Assembly: GCA_043819555.1 (NCBI GenBank)
Contig: JBDREQ010000037.1
Location: 1-23,499, forward strand
Length of the DNA: 23,499 nt
Direction of reading: 5' to 3'
From: Candidatus Zixiibacteriota bacterium
GTDB lineage: Bacteria; Zixibacteria; MSB-5A5; GN15; JAAZOE01
Below, in pieces: positions 15,589 to 23,499 of this stretch; position 1 is the first letter of the stretch, and every line of letters begins with the position of its first letter. The notes under the pieces are model-generated. The model did not search any database. It saw only the letters and a program-made list of their open reading frames with translations, and had not been told where the DNA came from. The position numbers were made by a program, and so were the translations under genes.

Positions 15589-16971
15589 ATGTCAAAGATA
15601 GTCCTTATAATTGAACCGTCGATAGCCGTCCGGGGCATAGCCGAGTCGCTGCTCCGGCAAGGCGGGCTGAATGTAATTTCAGTAGATACAGTTGAAGACG
15701 CCAAACAGATTTTGCAGGATAGTAAGATTGCGTTAATTTTGGTTTCTTCCGAAGTCTATGACGGTCAGGGGCAGCCCTTTTATGAGGTGGTTGGTTCAAT
15801 TCCGGGAGGTAATTCCGTACCCCTTTTGGTGCTGCATGATGCCTCGAGTGGACAAACTATTAATTTCCCCCAGGAAGTCATTATTAACAAGCCTTTCACT
15901 CCTCGTGAATTTATGTCTTCCGTAGCGGCTTTTACCGGCCAAAATACGCAAATCCCGGGACAGACTCCATTTGACGGAAATGATATCGAAGATGATATAA
16001 TCGACACCGCTTTGGGAATTGATAAAATAGAGGTTGATGGATCCGAGGTGATTGGTGGCGATACTGGCGTTTATCGGCTGCATAATAAGAGAAACGCCAA
16101 AGAATCAATGGTCGGTTATGATTACAAGGAACCGGTGGACGACCGTGCTATTGCTGCAAAAAAGAATGATAGCGCGAAAGTTCCGGAAATTAACGTTCGA
16201 CAACAACAAAAGACTAACCAGGCGCCTGAACAAAAAAAACAATTGGATGAAAAACCGATGGAGATATCCGAAGAAAACGGCGAATTCCTTGGAGCCGATA
16301 GCGCGAAACTTAGGCAGGCTTCCGCCAATCAACTTACTGAATCAAGTAAAATAGAAATTATTAGCGATCAATTCGGGATCATGTCTCCCGATGAACCTCT
16401 GGAAACCGACAGCGATGACCATGATTATGGCTGGTTTATAAATGAATTGAAAAAGGATGGCCGGGACGAACCAAAGGCGATTTCCGATGATAGTGGATCG
16501 CTTGAAGTCTCGAAAATGGAAGAATCTCTGAATCCGTCGGCACCTGCGCCGGCATCTCAACCCCCCCGGATTCAGTCGATTCCCGTCGAGTCGAACCCTG
16601 CCACTCATAAAGCATTTCAACCGAAAATAAAAAAGGAAATTCCCGGAAGTTCTCAAAGTCAGGCAATTGAAAAGTTTATTTCCGAATTTAAAAAAGAGAT
16701 GGAGAAGATATCTGTCGACGATGAACTGCATATTCAGGAAGCAAATATTCCTCCTCAGGATTCTGAATCCGATAAATCTCAGGATAATTTTCAATGGGAT
16801 GAAAACCTGGAAGACTTGCCTGAGCCAGAATTAAAAAACCTTTCCCACGAACTTATAAAAGCGATTTCGAGGCAGGTGGCAAGCAAAATGGTTGCCCTGT
16901 TGGATGAAGAAAGAATTTATCAATTGTTTAAAGAAGCTATTGCCGATTTCATAAGGCAAAAGGGTAAATAA
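15589..16971 (+). CDS. Atypical (pseudo-)receiver domain protein with long acidic low-complexity linker and C-terminal helical region; RomR-like architecture
   Basis: N-terminal CheY-like pattern (KIVLIIEP...LILVSS...PLLVL...KPF) with Ser at the phosphoacceptor position, about 290 aa D/E/Q/P/S-rich linker, an amphipathic helical C-terminus, and no DNA-binding domain recognised. Confidence 0.75.
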   Translation: MSKIVLIIEPSIAVRGIAESLLRQGGLNVISVDTVEDAKQILQDSKIALILVSSEVYDGQGQPFYEVVGSIPGGNSVPLLVLHDASSGQTINFPQEVIINKPFTPREFMSSVAAFTGQNTQIPGQTPFDGNDIEDDIIDTALGIDKIEVDGSEVIGGDTGVYRLHNKRNAKESMVGYDYKEPVDDRAIAAKKNDSAKVPEINVRQQQKTNQAPEQKKQLDEKPMEISEENGEFLGADSAKLRQASANQLTESSKIEIISDQFGIMSPDEPLETDSDDHDYGWFINELKKDGRDEPKAISDDSGSLEVSKMEESLNPSAPAPASQPPRIQSIPVESNPATHKAFQPKIKKEIPGSSQSQAIEKFISEFKKEMEKISVDDELHIQEANIPPQDSESDKSQDNFQWDENLEDLPEPELKNLSHELIKAISRQVASKMVALLDEERIYQLFKEAIADFIRQKGK

Positions 16972-17040
16972 ATTCTATTATTTCGAAAAGTTATCGCCTT
17001 TCCAGACTCTTTATCATCCAAATATATAATAAATTCGTAT

Positions 17041-17069
17041 TTGATATTGACCAATTATCTGTGTATAAT
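17041..17069 (+). promoter_or_regulatory. Sigma70 promoter for dsbD
   Basis: TTGATA (17041-17046)-N17-TATAAT (17064-17069), 20 nt upstream of ATG 17090. Confidence 0.7.
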
Positions 17070-17089
17070 TATCAGAGTCAAAAAAAATA

Positions 17090-19012
17090 ATGCGGAAAGA
17101 GATTATGAGTTTTATCGTGCCTGCAAATAAGAAATTCGAATTTGGACGGTGGTTTCTTCTACTGATGTTGCTGGGGGGCGCGTCAACTTTTGGAGCCATA
17201 ACCGATCTCGACCGGCCCTGGGAAGATGAAGGGAATGTCATTCAAATTTTCCCCATGCTGTCTTATACATCGGTTCAGCCCGGCAAAACTTATGCGGCCG
17301 CATTGGTTCTGGATATTGAGCCCGGATGGCATATAAATTCAGCCTTTCCCGAACAGGTTTATTATATTGGCGCCGAATTGAAATTTGATACAGTTCCCGG
17401 TTTGATACCGCGTGACATAAGGTATCCCGAAGCTCATACAATACTGCTCCTTGATGAGGATATGTCTGTCTATGATGGCAAGACCGCTATCTATTTTAAT
17501 ATTCGGGTTGCCGATGACGCCCCATCGGGCAATATTTCACTGCCCCTGAAATTTAGATATCAACCATGCGACAACAAAGTATGCCTGGCTCCCGAGACTA
17601 AAGAGATTGATTTTATTATCACTGTCGGGGAAGAGGGACAACCGATTGCGCCTGATAAATTCGCGGGAGCTGACTTTACCGGCGTACAACCGAATGAACA
17701 ATCCGATTCAAATCCACAGGATAGTTCTAAGTTGGCCGAAGTTATTGAAGAATATGGCTTCTGGGGATATTTCATGGCCCTGGGATTGGCATTTTTGGCC
17801 GGATTGCTTCTTTCATTTTCTCCCTGCACCTATCCAATGATCCCCATTACCGTTTCAATTTTTGCCGGTCAGGATCGAGGCGTCTTTCGTGGGTTTATAA
17901 TGTCTCTGTTTTACGTTGGATCGATGGCCGTTATGTATGGCATCATGGGATTGGTAGTTTCACTGGTTGGGGGAGTATTCGGGGCCTGGCTGGCCAATCC
18001 AGTCGTCGTGATCGCGATTGCCGTAGTTTTCGTCATCTTTTCTCTTTCCATGTTCGGCCTGTACGATCTTAATATACCATCATCAATTCGACAAAAACTT
18101 GGTACGTCTCAAAATAAGGGTGGAATCTTCGGGCCGATTATTCTTGGTATAATAGCCGCTCTGGTAGTATCACCGTGCGTCGGCCCCTTCGTTGCCGGGA
18201 TATTAATATATATCGCAACCTTTGGTTCCCCCATCTTCGGATTTTTAACTTTATTCGTATTTGCCATCGGGTTGGGAACGCTCTATATCATTATTGGGAC
18301 TTTTTCATCATCAATAAGCAAATTACCCGGAGCCGGGGAATGGATGGACCAGATAAAAAAGTTCTTCGGGTTTATTTTACTGCTAATGGCTCTTTATTTT
18401 CTCCGAACTGTTATATCACCTGGCGTATCGGCAGTTCTGGCCGGCCTGCTATTTCTTGCCCTGGCCGTCTTTGGGGGCGGGCTCGACCGTTTATCATCCG
18501 AAAGCGGATTTTTCCACAGGCTCAAAAAATTCATTGGCATTCTCGCCTTCATAGCCGGATTATATTTAATTATCGGCTCAATGCTCTCACAGGGTTTTGT
18601 TTTCCCGGCCGCTTCAGAATGGATGCGGTCTATAAATCTGGGTTCATCTTCTGAAAAAAACCTCATTCCCTGGGAAACGGATTTGCAGTTGGGACTCGAA
18701 CGCGCCAAAGCCGAAGGTAAACCGGTGCTGATAGATACCTGGGCAACATGGTGCGTAAACTGTAAAATCCTTGAAGAAAGGACATTCAATAATCCGCGAG
18801 TTGCCGCTGAAGCTAATAGATTTGCCGCTCTGAAAATTCAGCTGGAAAATTCTGATACTCCTATTACCAGGGATTTCATGGCTCGCTTTGAACTCAAGCA
18901 TTATTCCCTCCCGACCACATTACTGCTTGATTCTGATGGCAATGTCAGGCGAATCTTAAAGGGCGTTGTCGAGCCCGATGACATGATAGCCGAAATGAAA
19001 AAAATCCGCTAA
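17090..19012 (+). CDS. dsbD: Thiol:disulfide interchange protein DsbD (three-domain)
   Basis: Signal peptide; N-domain (PGWHI...YQPCDNKVCLAP); TM domain with SPCTYPMIP and SPCVGP plus LP..GEWM; C-terminal thioredoxin domain WCVNCK. The exact start is uncertain (17090 or 17105). Confidence 0.93.
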   Translation: MRKEIMSFIVPANKKFEFGRWFLLLMLLGGASTFGAITDLDRPWEDEGNVIQIFPMLSYTSVQPGKTYAAALVLDIEPGWHINSAFPEQVYYIGAELKFDTVPGLIPRDIRYPEAHTILLLDEDMSVYDGKTAIYFNIRVADDAPSGNISLPLKFRYQPCDNKVCLAPETKEIDFIITVGEEGQPIAPDKFAGADFTGVQPNEQSDSNPQDSSKLAEVIEEYGFWGYFMALGLAFLAGLLLSFSPCTYPMIPITVSIFAGQDRGVFRGFIMSLFYVGSMAVMYGIMGLVVSLVGGVFGAWLANPVVVIAIAVVFVIFSLSMFGLYDLNIPSSIRQKLGTSQNKGGIFGPIILGIIAALVVSPCVGPFVAGILIYIATFGSPIFGFLTLFVFAIGLGTLYIIIGTFSSSISKLPGAGEWMDQIKKFFGFILLLMALYFLRTVISPGVSAVLAGLLFLALAVFGGGLDRLSSESGFFHRLKKFIGILAFIAGLYLIIGSMLSQGFVFPAASEWMRSINLGSSSEKNLIPWETDLQLGLERAKAEGKPVLIDTWATWCVNCKILEERTFNNPRVAAEANRFAALKIQLENSDTPITRDFMARFELKHYSLPTTLLLDSDGNVRRILKGVVEPDDMIAEMKKIR

Positions 19013-19013
19013 A

Positions 19014-19031
19014 TAATCGTATTTACGATTA
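19014..19031. repeat. Perfect 8-2-8 palindrome just after the dsbD stop
   Basis: TAATCGTA-TT-TACGATTA. Confidence 0.6.
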
Positions 19032-19080
19032 AAACTCTCGATAAAACCGTTTATCATCATGACATATCCTTGTCTGTCTA

Positions 19081-19109
19081 TTGACATATTGCATGGATGC
19101 AATTATATT
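19081..19109 (+). promoter_or_regulatory. Sigma70 promoter with a palindromic operator filling the spacer
   Basis: TTGACA (19081-19086)-N17-TATATT (19104-19109). The spacer contains ATTGCAT-GG-ATGCAAT (19088-19103). Confidence 0.7.
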
Positions 19110-19144
19110 TACGCTACCTCACAGCTATATGGAGCTATTGATTT

Positions 19145-19897
19145 ATGATGTCAAAAACGAATAACGATACCGCCCATGTAATTTGCATCCAGGAAGTCCA
19201 GGAAGATGGTTCATCAATGAATCTGGGGAATCAGTTGACTCGTGATGAGATATCATTTTTGCACCAGGCTTTTATTGCCGACAGTATCAATAATGCCCTG
19301 ACGATTCCTGGAGTTGATATTAAGCTCTTTTATTCACCCAAAGCCAAAACCGAAAAATCGGTACAAACAATCATCCAGTACCTTAAGGGAAAATTGACCG
19401 GCGATAAAAAATCTATCCTTGTCGATGGCCGTATTGAAATTTCGGCTCTTAATCCCGGACGATGGGGTGTCAAGATGGATGAGTCATTTGAACGCTGTTT
19501 CCGGCAGGGCTATAAAAAAGTAGTCTTCATCGGCAGCCGTACTCCGACATTGACGAATAATATAATTGAAAAAGCTATGCGGATTCTCGATAGCTGTGAT
19601 GTTGTATTTGGTCCTACCGTTGAAGGCCGGTATTACATGGTTGGAGTGAAAGGCAGTTATCCGATACAGTTTCAATCGTTTGACTGGAAAGCTCTCGATA
19701 TCTTTTCTCAGGTGTCCATGCGTCTTGATGAACTCGGCGTTTCATGGCAGGAGTCCGAAATCTGGTATGCCGTTGAACACCCCGAAAATATCGAGTATTT
19801 GGCTCGCGACATCAATCAATATCGTCTTGTAGGCGACGAAGAAACGGCCCGGGAAACCGAAAAAGTCCTGGAACGCATTCTTGAACGCTTATCTTAG
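19145..19897 (+). CDS. DUF2064 / TIGR04282-like (CofC-like GT-A fold) protein with degenerate motifs
   Basis: G..M..SF...F..GYKKVVFIGS.TPTL and DVVFGPT.EG.YY.VG follow the family pattern. GGAG SD. Confidence 0.8.
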   Translation: MMSKTNNDTAHVICIQEVQEDGSSMNLGNQLTRDEISFLHQAFIADSINNALTIPGVDIKLFYSPKAKTEKSVQTIIQYLKGKLTGDKKSILVDGRIEISALNPGRWGVKMDESFERCFRQGYKKVVFIGSRTPTLTNNIIEKAMRILDSCDVVFGPTVEGRYYMVGVKGSYPIQFQSFDWKALDIFSQVSMRLDELGVSWQESEIWYAVEHPENIEYLARDINQYRLVGDEETARETEKVLERILERLS

Positions 19898-19915
19898 GTT
19901 TAATTAATAAATCCT

Positions 19916-19943
19916 GGCGGCCATTTTTGACCGCTTCTTTTTT
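19916..19943 (+). terminator. Possible intrinsic terminator between the DUF2064 and creatininase genes
   Basis: ggcgg-c-ca-tttt-tg-a-ccgct followed by tctttttt. The stem is short with one mismatch. Confidence 0.4.
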
Positions 19944-19954
19944 ATGAGGCAGAT

Positions 19955-20692
19955 ATGGAGTACGAATTACAAAAGTTGACATGGTTGCAGGTCAAAGCTC
20001 TTGTCCCTGAAAAAATAAATATCATTCTAATACCGGTTGGCACCGTTGAAGCGCATGGAGCCGCCGCATTGGGTACCGATAATTTTATTCCCGAAGCGAT
20101 AGCTCTGTCTCAAGCCGAAAAGCTAAATGCCTTAATCGCACCGACCCTCAATTACGGCATAACCAAATCATTATATCGCTATCCGGGTTCCTTAACCGTC
20201 AGGCCGGAGACTTACAAAAATCTTATTGGAGAAATTATCGATTCCCTGGCTGACCATGATTTCAAATATTTGATTTTTATAAACGGACACGGCGGCAATA
20301 ATACCATGCTCAAAGAAGCCGCCTATGAAAAACATGTAGAAAGAAAAGTCGGGATCGCTGTAATTCATTGGTGGGAACTTACCAATGAATTGAATCAGGA
20401 AATATTCGGAGAGGCCGGAGGGCATGCCGGTAATAATGAAACCGCCTGCGTTCAGGCAATCGATGAAGCTCTCGTCGCCAAAGAAGAATTTACGAAAGAT
20501 ATGGGTTTCCACATGAAACATGGAGCCGATATTTATCCTGTGCCTGGATCAATTCTGTTATATGAAGAGAATCAAGGATACCCAACTTTTGACGCCGCGC
20601 AATCCAAAGAATACCTTCAAAAAATGTCAGAAATCGTCGGCGATTATATTCTCGAAATTTTAAATCGCTGGAAAGGCATGAATATATTTTAG
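19955..20692 (+). CDS. Creatininase/creatinine amidohydrolase family protein (MftE-like fold)
   Basis: Metal-binding motifs PVGT.EAHG....GTD, NGHGGN and HAG..ET are all intact. GAGG SD. Substrate unknown. Confidence 0.92.
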   Translation: MEYELQKLTWLQVKALVPEKINIILIPVGTVEAHGAAALGTDNFIPEAIALSQAEKLNALIAPTLNYGITKSLYRYPGSLTVRPETYKNLIGEIIDSLADHDFKYLIFINGHGGNNTMLKEAAYEKHVERKVGIAVIHWWELTNELNQEIFGEAGGHAGNNETACVQAIDEALVAKEEFTKDMGFHMKHGADIYPVPGSILLYEENQGYPTFDAAQSKEYLQKMSEIVGDYILEILNRWKGMNIF

Positions 20693-20740
20693 TAAAATAA
20701 TTTTTAGGTAGTTGGTTTTCTCATAGCAGATTCTTGCAAG

Positions 20741-20847
20741 TGTCATACCAGCGAAAGATGAAATGATTGATTCTTGATTTATCGATAGCTCCGCATAGAT
20801 TCCCGATTCGCGTCACCCGGCAAGGGGCTCGACTCTCGGGAATGACA
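20741..20847. repeat. Degenerate palindromic intergenic element (GTCATTCCCG...CGGGAATGAC type)
   Basis: Termini tgtcatacc / ggaatgaca form an inverted repeat with 1 mismatch. The right arm hairpin attcccga (20799-20806) / tcgggaat (20836-20843) encloses gtc..ccc-ggcaa-ggg..gac. The left arm around gcgaaag is eroded. Confidence 0.65.
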
Positions 20848-20864
20848 AATATTTATGCCAGTAA

Positions 20865-22154
20865 CTAATTCCGATACGACAGCGTAAAGTATAATCTCTG
20901 AAAATTATCTTTAGCAATGGCGTTATTATTATCCATTAGCGTGTACTCAGCATTTGGCGCCGTGTAATTCCTCTCAAAATTCCCCCTCACATAGGCCGCT
21001 TCAAGAAGAAGCACTCTATCTAATAACCAGCCGAATCCAAGAGTAAATCCCTTCCGATCACTTTTAATAAAATCGTTTTCATACGCCAGGGGCAGTGAAA
21101 ACAGTCCCGCACGAAAAGATAAACCACGTTGAGGCAATTGATACTCGACTCCGCCCCGAAGATTGACAACATCGCGGTAATAAAAATTCAGGCTGTCGCT
21201 CTCGATTTCCATGCCTGGATTATCGTTATATGAAAGCTGGGACCAGTCGATATATTCAATCTCACCTGTTAATCTGAATCGATTCATTCGATACGAAATT
21301 CCTGATCCGAATATGAACGGCCTCGATAAGTCGTATTCAACAACATCGCGTGTTCCATCTTCATAGATATAAGTCTGCTCAACCTGCCATTCCAGAGGAG
21401 ATTCCACTACCAGTCCAAATGTAAAATCTTTATTCGGCCGAACAAGCAGGCCACCTTTCAAAGTCATGCCGATATAGCTATCCTCAAATCGGTTAACGAA
21501 TCCGCCGGATTCGCCGAGAGTCTCATCGACCCACGCATAATCATAAGTAAATTTATCTTCGCCGGAATAAACATTCAATGATGCCCCGGCCGACAAACGC
21601 GGTGTCAAATCAATCCCGATTCCGGCTGAATACAGGTATATTCCTCCGTCTTCATATTCTTCAGCTTTGTCTTCAATCAATGCATTATCGGCAATGCGAA
21701 CATCCCGGACATGAAAAAGGGCCGTCCGATCAAACGACATCACCCGATTAACGCCAAACGCGGCCACCATCGAGCCGCGATAAGTTGGTACCGGAATTGT
21801 CAAATTCACCGAACCGAATCGGGTCTTGGTCATATCGGCCGAAGCCTTATTTAAAGTTGAACGGAAGGCGGCCGGATCATATCGACCCGATTTCATCGAT
21901 GTCTCATTGGAAAATTTCTGATGAGTCAATCCCAGTTGAATTTCTATCCGTGGTATTCTTGCCAGAGCCGCAGGGTTATAATATAACGCCGGACCATCAA
22001 TCGTATTGGCAATCCCGGCTCCGCCCATCGCCATCTGTTTTGCCCCGTACCCAAAGAAATTCCCGGCCGTAACTTCTTCGAATATACCCAGATCCTGAGC
22101 CATCAGGGGAGAGGCAAAAACTAACAGAACGTACAAACTTAGTAGCTTTTTCAT
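20865..22154 (-). CDS. FadL/TodX/OmpP1-family outer-membrane beta-barrel transporter
   Basis: Signal peptide, hatch motif GAKQMAMGGA.IA....ALYYNPAAL, amphipathic beta strands, and C-terminal LYFTLSYRN. ATGA overlap with the upstream gene. Confidence 0.85.
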   Translation of the reverse strand: MKKLLSLYVLLVFASPLMAQDLGIFEEVTAGNFFGYGAKQMAMGGAGIANTIDGPALYYNPAALARIPRIEIQLGLTHQKFSNETSMKSGRYDPAAFRSTLNKASADMTKTRFGSVNLTIPVPTYRGSMVAAFGVNRVMSFDRTALFHVRDVRIADNALIEDKAEEYEDGGIYLYSAGIGIDLTPRLSAGASLNVYSGEDKFTYDYAWVDETLGESGGFVNRFEDSYIGMTLKGGLLVRPNKDFTFGLVVESPLEWQVEQTYIYEDGTRDVVEYDLSRPFIFGSGISYRMNRFRLTGEIEYIDWSQLSYNDNPGMEIESDSLNFYYRDVVNLRGGVEYQLPQRGLSFRAGLFSLPLAYENDFIKSDRKGFTLGFGWLLDRVLLLEAAYVRGNFERNYTAPNAEYTLMDNNNAIAKDNFQRLYFTLSYRN

Positions 22155-22795
22155 GGCTTGCCTCTCTTGGATTTTTTCTTAGTTGTCTCTTTTTTCTTAT
22201 CTTCAGCTTTTTTTGTATCATCTGACTTTTTATTGGGCTCTGGCTGAGGGGTGGTTCTCTCTTTGGTCGGGGGTTCCACTTTGCCTTCGGTCGGGCCTTC
22301 GCCATCTTTCGAACGCGTCTCCGTACCAGTCGCCGGGCGCGAAGTCGTACTACCGGTGCCATCAATTATCATCTGACCGCCTGATGTCCCGCCTGGATAA
22401 TATATCCCCGAACCATTAGTAGACATATATCCACCGCCGAATGCATGGGGAGGCGCCGCCGGAGCCGGATGAGCTTCCCGTTTATCATATTTTGAGCCCC
22501 GCGAACTTTCCGCGTATTCGCCATTTATATATGGATAATCATAAAAATCCCACCACCAGGGGTAAGCATAAAAATATCCGTATTTTTCATACTCCCACCA
22601 AAAATCAGGGTAGGGAGAATAATAATACCCATACGGATATTCCTGGTAATCGCCATGGCAGCGGGTACAGTCGGAAACTTGCGTGGCGGAGTATCCGCTC
22701 TCATCATTGGGATGCTTGAGAATCGTATAACATCCCGGAATGATTATCGCGGCCGCAACCGTGAGGAATACAAGGAGGCGCAAAAGCTGTCTCAT
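22151..22795 (-). CDS. Lipoprotein with one CxxCH motif, Tyr/Trp-rich segment and charged disordered tail
   Basis: GGAGG SD, lipobox IPGC (Cys22), CTRCH at aa 43-47 (nt 22655-22669), YPYGYYYSPYPDFWWEY...YPWWWDFY, and a P/K/E/T-rich C-terminus. Confidence 0.8.
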   Translation of the reverse strand: MRQLLRLLVFLTVAAAIIIPGCYTILKHPNDESGYSATQVSDCTRCHGDYQEYPYGYYYSPYPDFWWEYEKYGYFYAYPWWWDFYDYPYINGEYAESSRGSKYDKREAHPAPAAPPHAFGGGYMSTNGSGIYYPGGTSGGQMIIDGTGSTTSRPATGTETRSKDGEGPTEGKVEPPTKERTTPQPEPNKKSDDTKKAEDKKKETTKKKSKRGKP

Positions 22796-22824
22796 AAACC
22801 CTCCAGAAAAAATCTACTTCCCCT

Positions 22825-23499
22825 CTAAAAATGCTCTACATATGTTACGCGCAAACCTCGCCATATATCAGACGTACCTTTGCGGTTGTTGTTCAAATTC
22901 TTCAGTAAAAACTCCATGACCAGATTATCAGCATACAGCCATTGTAACGCCAGATTCAGATATCCTTTGCCTTTTCCAAAACTGATTAGATCCTTATCAT
23001 CATTGAATCCGAAATCATACTCCAACACGAGTCCGACATCTTTATTCAACCGCGTGTCCATGCCGACAAAGAAATCCATGTTTTCGTCGTCATCTTCTCG
23101 CTCCATCGTATAATTGACGCCCCCGTGAATGCCCATCTGCCATGTCTGCACCGGGTAGTTTTTGCTGGCCACGAGATAGAACCCCTTGGATTTGAATGCA
23201 TATCTTTGTAAATCTTCATCAAAAGACCCGAATCCCTGCGAAGTGAATCCGGCGGCTATTGCCGGATAAACCAAACCTTCATCAACCAGCGACAGCTTGA
23301 CATTGAATTCAATGCGGGGATTCCAGTTCGGTTCCGTTTCCGCCAGGATACCTTCCGCGCCGTAGCTGATTCCCAGCGTCAATCGGTTTGACAGGCCGAT
23401 ATTAGTTCCAGTCAGTATTCCGCCGTTGGGATATGCCCGCATGGATACATTAAATGAAGCCCGCCGGAGTGTTCCGGCGGTCGGGCAGTCAACCAGCAT
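22825..23499 (-). CDS. YjbH-like outer-membrane beta-barrel protein (5'-truncated by window)
   Basis: LVD.PTAG.L N-terminal motif, alternating beta-strand pattern, FYLVASK, LEYD, and C-terminal Phe (VTYVEHF). The signal peptide is presumably outside the window. Confidence 0.7.
   Translation of the reverse strand: MLVDCPTAGTLRRASFNVSMRAYPNGGILTGTNIGLSNRLTLGISYGAEGILAETEPNWNPRIEFNVKLSLVDEGLVYPAIAAGFTSQGFGSFDEDLQRYAFKSKGFYLVASKNYPVQTWQMGIHGGVNYTMEREDDDENMDFFVGMDTRLNKDVGLVLEYDFGFNDDKDLISFGKGKGYLNLALQWLYADNLVMEFLLKNLNNNRKGTSDIWRGLRVTYVEHF

Noticed and set aside
19955..20692. Mycofactocin/RiPP cluster suggested by the MftE-like creatininase
   Set aside because: No radical SAM maturase, RRE protein or precursor peptide is nearby, and the family is widespread.
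1..23499. CRISPR arrays, tRNA/rRNA, transposases, prophage or defence genes
   Set aside because: No regularly spaced repeats, cloverleaf-like sequences or relevant protein motifs were seen, and the intergenic gaps are short and largely accounted for.

Overview
Bacterial chromosomal window of mostly housekeeping and envelope genes. The gene content, especially the giant cohesin/dockerin/FlgD-type C-terminal-domain secreted protein, suggests an FCB-group organism such as candidate Zixibacteria (inference). From left to right: the 3' part of a very large Cys-rich secreted repeat protein; a convergent terminator; rlmH-yjbQ (minus); two unknown exported membrane proteins (plus) preceded by a structured leader with a possible uORF; a tightly coupled minus-strand operon dtd-maf-rodZ-hypothetical-smc-ftsY; a divergent plus-strand redox/envelope cluster trxA, CoA-binding protein, unannotated microprotein, rhomboid protease, pseudo-receiver protein, dsbD; a degenerate DUF2064 protein and a creatininase-family hydrolase; a palindromic intergenic element; and a minus-strand outer-membrane cluster (YjbH-like barrel, CxxCH lipoprotein, FadL-like barrel). 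The most interesting observation is an ORF missing from the supplied track (14483-14653). It encodes a single-pass membrane microprotein with an in-frame TGA followed by SECIS-like hairpins, so it is a candidate selenoprotein lying between thioredoxin and a rhomboid protease. I saw no tRNA, rRNA, CRISPR array, integrase or transposase. All family assignments are motif recognition by eye, not database searches.
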